Assembly: GCA_031425655.1 (NCBI GenBank) | Contig: JANPJS010000290.1 | Coordinates: 1-19,277 of the forward strand | DNA from: Abditibacteriaceae bacterium | GTDB lineage: Bacteria > Armatimonadota > Abditibacteriia > Abditibacteriales > Abditibacteriaceae | DNA length: 19,277 nucleotides | Direction of reading: 5' to 3' | Part shown: positions 8,931 to 15,763 of the stretch, in pieces | Numbering within the stretch: position 1 is the first letter of the stretch | Layout: the number at the start of each line of letters is the position of its first letter | The notes under the pieces: model-generated | The model's input: the letters and a program-made list of their open reading frames with translations, nothing else | Database searches by the model: none | Told to the model about the DNA's origin: nothing | Position numbers and translations under genes: made by a program

Positions 8931-9317
8931 ATGAAAAATCTGCGCCTTTTCGCCGCCGTTTACTTGGTTTTGCAGTCATTGGCTGCTATCGCGTGGTGGA
9001 TTGCGCTGATTTTCATTCCGCAAACGCGCGGTTTTTTCAAGCCGGACGCGGCGCCGGACGTGGTGCTTTTGGCCTTCGCGCTGCCCGATGCCATCTTATT
9101 CATCGGCGCGGCTTTGTGGGCCGCACATCGCTTGGTTATTCAGCCGCGCCGGGCGTTGATGCCGCTCGCGCTCCACACGGGAGCCGCCGTTTACGCCGCG
9201 TTATATTGTCTGGCGCAGTGGCTTTTGAGTGGCGAGGCCGGTTTCGCCGCGCTGTGCATGGCGCCGTGTTTAATCGTGCAGCCGTTTCTGCTGTGGAAAC
9301 TGCGTTCTGAACTGTGA
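8931..9317 (+). CDS. Small hypothetical membrane protein (about 4 TM helices)
   Basis: Hydrophobic 128-aa ORF starting 3 nt after the rqcH stop, with a GTGA overlap into the next gene. Confidence 0.75.
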   Translation: MKNLRLFAAVYLVLQSLAAIAWWIALIFIPQTRGFFKPDAAPDVVLLAFALPDAILFIGAALWAAHRLVIQPRRALMPLALHTGAAVYAALYCLAQWLLSGEAGFAALCMAPCLIVQPFLLWKLRSEL

Positions 9318-9925
9318 AACTGCCGATAATTCTCGATTTGGCATGGCGTGTTTTCGAGCGCGCTCGCGGCGTGGCGCGTCCGGCGCGCGTGGAGTTCAAC
9401 TGTTTTAAAACTGCGGTGCAAACGCTGCTGATGTGGCTGGTTTTCTTAGGCGCCGGCCCGTTTTTGGCCTGGCATCTTGAAGCCGCGCTGGGTTTAGCGC
9501 GTTTGCGCTTTGTCTTCGCCGGACAGCAAAGCGTGGCCGTTTTGCTTTTTATAGTATGCGGCGCCATTGCGCTTTCCAGCGGCTATTTTCTGGTGATACG
9601 CGGCTTGGGAACGCCGTTGCCGCTTGATGCGCCGCGCCGTTTGGTTATAGTCGGGCCGTATCGTTATGTTCGCAATCCGATGGCAATGGGCAGCTTATTT
9701 CAAGGTCTGGCGATTGGTTTGGGTTGTGGTTCTCCGGCTGTGCTGATTTATGTGTTTGCCGGCATTTGGGTGTGGAATTATATCGCGCGGCCCTGGGAAG
9801 AATTTGATTTAGCGCGCCGCTTTGGCGCCGATTACGAAGACTATCGTCGCGCTGTGCGCTGCTGGATTCCATGCTGCACGCCTTATCGCGCCGTTTGTAA
9901 AATGGAAAGCGACCTTCAAAAGTGA
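9314..9925 (+). CDS. Isoprenylcysteine carboxyl methyltransferase / PEMT-like membrane protein
   Basis: GLGTPLPLDAPRRLVIVGPYRYVRNPM and EE.DL..RFGADYEDYRRAVRCWIP motifs. Confidence 0.88.
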   Translation: MKLPIILDLAWRVFERARGVARPARVEFNCFKTAVQTLLMWLVFLGAGPFLAWHLEAALGLARLRFVFAGQQSVAVLLFIVCGAIALSSGYFLVIRGLGTPLPLDAPRRLVIVGPYRYVRNPMAMGSLFQGLAIGLGCGSPAVLIYVFAGIWVWNYIARPWEEFDLARRFGADYEDYRRAVRCWIPCCTPYRAVCKMESDLQK

Positions 9926-9929
9926 ATTT

Positions 9930-10865
9930 ATGCAATATCATCCTCTGGGCCAGACCGGCCTGCAAGTTTCGATTTTGTCTTACGGCGCCTCGTCTTTGGG
10001 CAGCGTGTTCCGCGATGTGGACGAAAACGAAGGCATCCGCACCGTCCATACGGCGCTCGATTTGGGCATCAATTTCATTGACGTGTCGCCCTATTATGGT
10101 CTGACCAAAGCCGAAACGGTGTTGGGCAAGGCCCTGAAAGGCATCGCGCGCGACCGCTACATTTTAGCGACCAAAGTCGGTCGTTACGGTGACGATGCGT
10201 CCGATTTCGATTTCTCCGCCGCGCGCATCACGCAAAGCGTCGAAGAAAGCCTGCAACGGCTGGGCGTGGATCACGTTGATTTGATTCAATGCCACGACAT
10301 CGAATATGGCGACTTAAATCAGATCGTCGAAGAAACGCTGCCCGCCCTGGAAAAAGTCGTCGCGGCGGGCAAAGCACGCTTTATCGGCATTACGGGCTAT
10401 CCGCTGAAAATCTTCCGCGAAGTGCGAAATCGCGCCAAAGTGGACACGATTTTGTCTTACTGTCACTATTCGCTGAACGACACGTCGCTGGAAGAATTGC
10501 TGCCGTTTTTAAGCGAAACAGGCACCGGAATCATCAGCGCCTCGCCGCTTTCGATGGGACTGTTAACCAATCGCGGCACGCCCGATTGGCATCCGGCGCC
10601 CGCCGAAATAAAAGAAACTTGTGCCAAAGCCGCGCAGCATTGCCGCGAACGCGGAGCCGACATCAGCGAACTGGCTTTGCAGTTTTCTCTTCAGAATCCG
10701 CGTATTGCCACCACAATTGTCGGCACTGCCAATCCTGAAAACATCCGTAAAAACGTCGAATGGTTGCAAAACGCGCCCGACGAGCAATTGCTGGCCGAAG
10801 TGCGCGAAATCCTGCGCCCGGTGCAGAATCTGACGTGGCAAATCGGCAGAGCGGAGAACAACTAA
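9930..10865 (+). CDS. Aldo/keto reductase, L-galactose dehydrogenase-like
   Basis: LGQTGLQVSILSYGASSLG, GINFIDVSPYYG, LATKVGRY, DLIQCHDIE, LSYCHYSLND, ASPLSMGLLT..PDWHPA. Start set at ATG 9930. Confidence 0.9.
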   Translation: MQYHPLGQTGLQVSILSYGASSLGSVFRDVDENEGIRTVHTALDLGINFIDVSPYYGLTKAETVLGKALKGIARDRYILATKVGRYGDDASDFDFSAARITQSVEESLQRLGVDHVDLIQCHDIEYGDLNQIVEETLPALEKVVAAGKARFIGITGYPLKIFREVRNRAKVDTILSYCHYSLNDTSLEELLPFLSETGTGIISASPLSMGLLTNRGTPDWHPAPAEIKETCAKAAQHCRERGADISELALQFSLQNPRIATTIVGTANPENIRKNVEWLQNAPDEQLLAEVREILRPVQNLTWQIGRAENN

Positions 10866-10953
10866 GGGGCTGGGGACTGGGGATTAGGGGCTGGGAAACG
10901 GCGCCATCACTGAAACCTCAACACCAGCACCCAGTCCCCAGACCCTAACACCC
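10866..10953. repeat. Inverted arrays of heptamer repeats (GGGRCTG / CCCAGTC-like)
   Basis: ggggctg gggactg gggatta ggggctg at 10866-10893, with complementary units ccagcac ccagtcc ccagacc ctaacac at 10924-10951. Confidence 0.85.
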
Positions 10954-10996
10954 AATGTATGATTGAGCAAGGCATTCTCAACATTTTGGAATCGGC

Positions 10997-11647
10997 ATGA
11001 AAATCATAGATTTATCGCAGCCTCTTTTTCACGATTGCCCGAATTGTCCGGTGCATCCGCGCGTGACATCCGAACTGATTGCCACGCACGAAAACGGCGG
11101 CTGGCAAGTGGAAAAGCTGACGCTTTCCAATCACACCGGCAGCCATGTGGACGCGCCACTGCATCGCATCGCCGGAGCGCCGAGCTTAGACGATATTCCT
11201 TTGGAAAGCTGGGTCGGCCCGGCGCATATCGCGGATTTGCGCGGCATCGCGCCGCAATCGCCAATCGGCGCCGAACTTTTGGCCGCGCGCCTGCCCGCCG
11301 ACTTAAACGACCGCATCGTGCTTTTGGCGACCGGCTGGGGCCAAAAGCGCGCTCGCACGGATGAATGGCTGCATCACGCGCCGTTTTTAGCGCCGGACGG
11401 TGCGCGTTGGCTGGTCGAACGCGCTGTGCGCGGCGTCGGCATTGACCATTATTCCGTCGGCGGTTTGGGCGATTCCAACGACGAAACCCACGCGATTTTA
11501 TTGGGCGCCGGCGTGTGGATCGTCGAAGAACTGCGCTTTCCCGACGAAGTTTTCGGTCTCGCGCAGCCGCTGCAATTCTGGTCGCTGCCCATTAATTTGA
11601 AAGGTCACAGCGGCGCGTTTTGCCGGCCTGTGATTGTTTTATCTTGA
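10997..11647 (+). CDS. Cyclase family metal-dependent hydrolase (kynurenine formamidase-like)
   Basis: IIDLSQPL, HTGSHVDAPLH (HxGxHxD), VLLATGW, VGIDHYS, IVEEL. Confidence 0.9.
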   Translation: MKIIDLSQPLFHDCPNCPVHPRVTSELIATHENGGWQVEKLTLSNHTGSHVDAPLHRIAGAPSLDDIPLESWVGPAHIADLRGIAPQSPIGAELLAARLPADLNDRIVLLATGWGQKRARTDEWLHHAPFLAPDGARWLVERAVRGVGIDHYSVGGLGDSNDETHAILLGAGVWIVEELRFPDEVFGLAQPLQFWSLPINLKGHSGAFCRPVIVLS

Positions 11648-11685
11648 AATTCCACTCACTCAGGTAACAAGCACTGTCTGCAAGG

Positions 11686-11823
11686 GAACCCTCCCCTAAC
11701 CTCCTGCCCAAAGGGCGCTCCCGTAGGAGGGGAACACGCGTTCTCAATTCAAGTTTGAACCGGAATAGCGTAAGTTCCCCTCCTACGCGGGCGCCCTTTG
11801 GGCAGGAGGTTAGGGGAGGGTTC
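11686..11823. repeat. REP-like inverted doublet (50-bp arms, 38-nt spacer)
   Basis: Arm 11686-11735 (gaaccctcccctaacctcctgcccaaagggcgctcccgtaggaggggaac) is the reverse complement of 11774-11823 with 2 mismatches. Confidence 0.93.
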
Positions 11824-11848
11824 TCGGCGGAGTAGCACTCGAATGCTT

Positions 11849-12865
11849 ATGAAAACCATTATTCTCGAACAACCCGAACAATTTCGACTGATTGAAACCG
11901 AATCGCCAATGGCACCGAAAGCGGGCGAAGCGCTGGTGAAAGTGCATCGCGTCGGCATTTGCGGCACGGATTTACACGCTTTTCGCGGACGCCAGCCGTT
12001 TTTCACTTATCCGCGCATTTTGGGCCACGAATTGGGCGTCGAAATCGTGGCGCTCGGCTCGCCGTCGCAGACTTTGCGCGTCGGCGACAAGTGTTCGGTG
12101 GAGCCGTATCTCAACTGCGGCGAGTGCATCGCGTGCCGGCGCGGCAAAGGCAACTGCTGCGCGAAATTGCAGGTGCTGGGCGTGCATAGCGACGGCGGAA
12201 TGCGCGAGTGCTTCATCGTGCCGCAAAGCAAATTGCATCGCTCCGACACGCTGTCGTTCGATCAGCTGGCGCTTGTGGAAACGCTTGGCATCGGCGCGCA
12301 CGCCGTCGCGCGGGCGCAAATCGAAGCGGGCGAATGGGCTTTAATTATCGGCGCCGGGCCAATTGGCCTATCGGTCGTTCAATTCGCGCTTGAAGCGGGA
12401 GCGCAAGTGATTGTGCTGGACGTGAATGAAGGCCGCCTGCAATTTTGCCGCGAGCAACTTGGCGCGCAGCATACGCTTTTGGCCGGCGAAAACGCTTTGT
12501 CGGACATCGAAACGCTGACGAACGGCGATTTGCCGACCGTCGTGTTCGACGCGACCGGCAATGTCAACTCGATGCAAAACGCGTTTCAATTCGTGGCGCC
12601 GGGCGGCAAATTGATCTTCGTCGGGCTGGTGCAGGGCGATGTGACGTTTAACGACCCGTTTTTCCATCGCCGCGAGATCACGCTCTTCGCCAGCCGCAAC
12701 GCCACCAGCGCCGACTTTGGGCGCATTATTTCGCTTATGGAAAGCGGCGCTATTGACACCACGCCGTGGATTACGCATCGCGCCGCCTTCGATGATTTAA
12801 TCGGCGAATTTCCCGGCTGGCTCGACCCTTCGCGCGGCGTCATCAAAGCCATGCTCGAAATGTAG
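11849..12865 (+). CDS. Zinc-binding alcohol dehydrogenase, L-galactonate 5-dehydrogenase (YjjN/LgoD)-like
   Basis: GICGTDLHAFRGRQPFFTYPRILGHE, CGECIACRRGKGNCC structural Zn site, GAGPIG, DATGN, SRNAT, WITHR. Alternative ATG at 11843. Confidence 0.88.
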   Translation: MKTIILEQPEQFRLIETESPMAPKAGEALVKVHRVGICGTDLHAFRGRQPFFTYPRILGHELGVEIVALGSPSQTLRVGDKCSVEPYLNCGECIACRRGKGNCCAKLQVLGVHSDGGMRECFIVPQSKLHRSDTLSFDQLALVETLGIGAHAVARAQIEAGEWALIIGAGPIGLSVVQFALEAGAQVIVLDVNEGRLQFCREQLGAQHTLLAGENALSDIETLTNGDLPTVVFDATGNVNSMQNAFQFVAPGGKLIFVGLVQGDVTFNDPFFHRREITLFASRNATSADFGRIISLMESGAIDTTPWITHRAAFDDLIGEFPGWLDPSRGVIKAMLEM

Positions 12866-12874
12866 TTTGCTGCG

Positions 12875-12902
12875 TTTGAACTGCGAATTTCGCGGTTATA
12901 AT
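12875..12902 (+). promoter_or_regulatory. Putative sigma70 promoter for the prepilin-like gene
   Basis: TTTGAA (12875-12880), 16-nt spacer, TATAAT (12897-12902). AAGGAG precedes the GTG start. Confidence 0.45.
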
Positions 12903-12931
12903 TAAACTATTCCCAGTCAAGGAGAGCTTCT

Positions 12932-13717
12932 GTGTTTCCAAATAACCGTTTTCAGTCCGCGCGCCGCGCATTCACGCTCATCGAGCTTTTGGTCGTCATT
13001 GCGATAATCGCTTTGCTCGCCGCGATTTTGTTTCCCGTTTTCGCCCGCGCTCGTGAGAATGCGCGGAAGTCAAGCTGTCTCAACAACTTGAAGCAAATCG
13101 GCTTGGGTCTGGCGCAATACACGCAGGACTACGATGAGAATCTCATTCGTGCTTGGTATGTCAACAATCAGGCTTCTGACCTGACATATTACAAGTGGAT
13201 GGATGCGATTTATCCTTACGTGAAAAGCGAACAATCGTTTAAGTGTCCCAGCCAAGCGGCAGCGCGCTATCGCTATCACAAAACGGTCACAACGGGAACA
13301 ACAACGGACTACGGCAGTTACAGCATCAACTCGGCGTATTACGGACAACTCGGCGGTGGCGTTTCCGACGGTTACGTTTCACCAGCCGGTGAAATCGGGG
13401 TCACTTTGGCCGATGTCGGGGCGTCTTCCTCTACGATTTGGATTATGGACGGAGAATTTCCCAACGCTTTTGAGTTCGCCTGGGATGTTGCATCGGCTAA
13501 TCCCAGCGCCAAGAGGAACGGGTCTACACCCTTTTTGGGGTGTTCGGGCGCTACGGGCGTAAATTGCTATCGCAGCGCGCAAGGCAGGCATTTGGAAACC
13601 GTTGCTATTGCTTACGTTGATGGTCACGTCAAAGCTGTGCAGGTAGACGCGCTCGCCGTCACGAAAAACGTCGGCGGAAACAATATTCTGACTCCGTTTA
13701 CCATCGCTAACGATTGA
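12932..13717 (+). CDS. DUF1559 / prepilin-type N-terminal cleavage-methylation protein with H-X9-DG motif
   Basis: [68 protein letters not shown]-terminal [16 protein letters not shown]. Confidence 0.93.
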   Translation: MFPNNRFQSARRAFTLIELLVVIAIIALLAAILFPVFARARENARKSSCLNNLKQIGLGLAQYTQDYDENLIRAWYVNNQASDLTYYKWMDAIYPYVKSEQSFKCPSQAAARYRYHKTVTTGTTTDYGSYSINSAYYGQLGGGVSDGYVSPAGEIGVTLADVGASSSTIWIMDGEFPNAFEFAWDVASANPSAKRNGSTPFLGCSGATGVNCYRSAQGRHLETVAIAYVDGHVKAVQVDALAVTKNVGGNNILTPFTIAND

Positions 13718-13726
13718 TTTTGTGCG

Positions 13727-13762
13727 AAAAACGGCCCCGCAAATTATCGCGGGGCCGTTTTT
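13727..13762. terminator. Bidirectional rho-independent terminator
   Basis: aaaaacggccccgc-aaattatc-gcggggccgttttt between convergent genes. Confidence 0.9.
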
Positions 13763-13774
13763 GTTTGATGTGTT

Positions 13775-14998
13775 TCAGGTGTGGTATTCGGCGTTGATTT
13801 TGACGTAATCGTAAGAAAAATCGCACGTCCACGCCGTCCACGACGCGGAGCCTTCGCCGAGCGTGATTTCAATCGCTACATCGGTGCTTTGCAATGCGGC
13901 TTCGGCGTGAGCGAAATCGAAATCGGTTGGTTCTCCGTCGCGGAAAACTTCGATGCCGCCTAAATGAATGCCCAACTTTGCGGCGTCGAACGGCACTCCG
14001 GCGCGGCCAGCGGCCATCGCCAGACGGCCCCAATTCGGGTCGCCGCCGAAAAGCGCGGTTTTGACAAGCGGTGAATTGGCGACAGTCATGGCGATGCGTT
14101 TGGCGTTTGCTTCCGAGTGCGCGCCGGACACGCGAATCGTAATCAACTTCGTCGCGCCTTCGCCGTCGCGCGCAATTTTCTTCGCCAGTTCAATGCAAAC
14201 CGCGTCCGCCAGAAGCTGAAACGCGGCCTCGTTCGCATCGGAAATTTCTACGCCCGACGCGCCGCCAGCCAAGAGAAAACAGGTGTCGTTGGTGGAAGTG
14301 TCGCCGTCCACGGTCACCGAATTGAAACTGCGCTCAACGGCGTGTTCGAGAATGCGTTGCAAGCGTGTTTTCTCGATTTTCGCGTCGGTTGTCAGAAACG
14401 ACAGCATCGTAGCGTGCGGCGCAGCCGTCAGCGGCCCCATATCCGGCCCAATCATGCCGACGCCTTTGGCCTGGCCGCCGAGCGTGACGAATTGACCGTC
14501 AATTTCAATGCGAGCGGCGCAAAATTTCGGCACGATGTCGGTTGTCATCACGGCGCGGGCGGAGGCTTCGTTAATCGCTTCGCCGCGACCAAGTTCGATG
14601 GCTGCGACGGCGCTTTCGACCTTTTCCATCGGCAGTTGATGACCGATAATGCCGGTTGAGCAGACCAAAACTTCGTCGGGCGCGCAGCCGAGTTTTTGCG
14701 CGGCTAAAACGCACATTTGTCGCGCGTTATCCAAACCGCGCTGGCCTGTGCAGCAATTGGCGTTGCCGGCGTTGACGACGATAGCGCGCGTCGTGGCCTT
14801 TTGCGCGTGCATCGCGCTGATGCGAACCGGCGCGGCCTTGACTTGATTTTTCGTGAAAACCGCCGCTGCTGAGGCGCCTTTTTCGGCGACGATCAGCGCC
14901 ACGTCGTCGCCCTGCGTTTTGATGCCGCCGCGCGCCGCGCCCGCCAAAAAACCGGCGGCAGAAGTCACGCCGCCGCCGGGAAGAAATTCGATGTTCAT
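13775..14998 (-). CDS. argJ: Ornithine acetyltransferase / N-acetylglutamate synthase ArgJ
   Basis: FTKNQVKAAPV, NAGNANCCTG, STGIIG, MTTD, KGVGMI..ATML, VDGDTSTND, ARDGEGATK, SPLVKTA, DPNWGR, YVKINAEYHT. Start set at ATG 14998. Confidence 0.95.
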   Translation of the reverse strand: MNIEFLPGGGVTSAAGFLAGAARGGIKTQGDDVALIVAEKGASAAAVFTKNQVKAAPVRISAMHAQKATTRAIVVNAGNANCCTGQRGLDNARQMCVLAAQKLGCAPDEVLVCSTGIIGHQLPMEKVESAVAAIELGRGEAINEASARAVMTTDIVPKFCAARIEIDGQFVTLGGQAKGVGMIGPDMGPLTAAPHATMLSFLTTDAKIEKTRLQRILEHAVERSFNSVTVDGDTSTNDTCFLLAGGASGVEISDANEAAFQLLADAVCIELAKKIARDGEGATKLITIRVSGAHSEANAKRIAMTVANSPLVKTALFGGDPNWGRLAMAAGRAGVPFDAAKLGIHLGGIEVFRDGEPTDFDFAHAEAALQSTDVAIEITLGEGSASWTAWTCDFSYDYVKINAEYHT

Positions 14999-15044
14999 TT
15001 CAGAATTTATAACCACAAAAGGCACAGAAGACACAAAAAATCGG

Positions 15045-15246
15045 CTTACGCGGTGGGGTTATGATAGGCGTAGCCATTAGCCTGCGAATCACGGGAAAGC
15101 AAAGGGTTTTTGTCATTCTGAGCTTGCGAAGAATCTATTGCGCGCCTCCATTGCTCTTACCAAGCGGGTCGCAAAATAGATTCTTCGCAAGCTCAGAATG
15201 ACAGCGCTTCCTAAATTTGCCTGCCTAACACACTCCACTGCGTAAG
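15045..15246. mobile_element. Putative non-autonomous MITE-like element with imperfect terminal inverted repeats
   Basis: Left end cttacgcggtggggttatgataggc; reverse complement of the right end cttacgcagtggagtgtgttaggc. Non-coding and bracketed by the 45-bp direct repeat. Confidence 0.6.
15111..15203. repeat. Perfect 29-bp inverted repeat (REP-like) inside the MITE-like element
   Basis: tgtcattctgagcttgcgaagaatctatt (15111-15139) and aatagattcttcgcaagctcagaatgaca (15175-15203). Confidence 0.95.
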
Positions 15247-15255
15247 GTGAATTTA

Positions 15256-15335
15256 TAACCACAAAAGGCGCAGAAGACACAAAAAATCGGCTTTTCTTAT
15301 GTTAATTTTGTGTCCTTTGTGTCTTTTGTGGTTAA
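15256..15335. repeat. 9-nt-periodic palindromic repeat overlapping the VOC gene stop codon
   Basis: taaccacaaaaggcgcagaagacacaaaa pairs with ttttgtgtcctttgtgtcttttgtggtta (15306-15334). Confidence 0.88.
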
Positions 15336-15700
15336 TTGTCCTCGTAGAAAGTGATGCAGACGCCGTCGAGGTCGAGAATGGTAAATTCGCGCGTGCCCCA
15401 GACCATTTCTTTAAGCATCGTAGTCGGATGCAGCACATCGCCGGCTTTCATTTCTTCGTAAAGCGCATCGAGACCGCTGGACTGAAATCGCAGCATGGTT
15501 TGCTCGGCGATGGCTTTGGCATCGTTCATCTGGCAAAGATGGATTTCCAAGCCGTCGCGCGTTACACCGGCGTAATCGGGCGGTTCTCCGTGAGAAAAAG
15601 CCTCCTGAAAACCGAGCTTTTGCACGTAGAAATCCACTGCCGCGCGCACATCGGAGGCGGGCAGAATCGGGTTGACAGCCATTAATTTCACTTCGCTCAT
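15332..15700 (-). CDS. VOC / glyoxalase / bleomycin-resistance family protein
   Basis: NPILPASDVRAAVDFYVQKLGF and WGTREFTILDLDG motifs. ATG 15700 is preceded by GGAGG. Confidence 0.9.
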   Translation of the reverse strand: MSEVKLMAVNPILPASDVRAAVDFYVQKLGFQEAFSHGEPPDYAGVTRDGLEIHLCQMNDAKAIAEQTMLRFQSSGLDALYEEMKAGDVLHPTTMLKEMVWGTREFTILDLDGVCITFYEDN

Positions 15701-15727
15701 AAACGCTTCTTCCTCCAAAAATCGGTG

Positions 15728-15761
15728 GTCACTCGTAATTCGTCACTCGTAATTCGTCACT
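15728..15761. repeat. Tandem 14-mer (two heptamers) repeat
   Basis: gtcactcgtaattc twice, followed by gtcact. Confidence 0.85.
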
Positions 15762-15763
15762 TG

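Larger units (their letters stand above)
15003..15293. repeat. 45-bp direct repeat pair (15003-15047 and 15249-15293)
   Basis: gaatttataaccacaaaaggc(a/g)cagaagacacaaaaaatcggctt occurs twice with one mismatch. Confidence 0.95.

Noticed and set aside
11749..12006. 85-aa minus-strand ORF and the 11798 extension of the dehydrogenase
   Set aside because: Both are read-through of the REP doublet; the minus-strand ORF is also antisense to a clear gene.
15003..15293. 45-bp direct repeats as a CRISPR array
   Set aside because: Only two copies, about 200 nt apart, with a structured interior and no cas genes.
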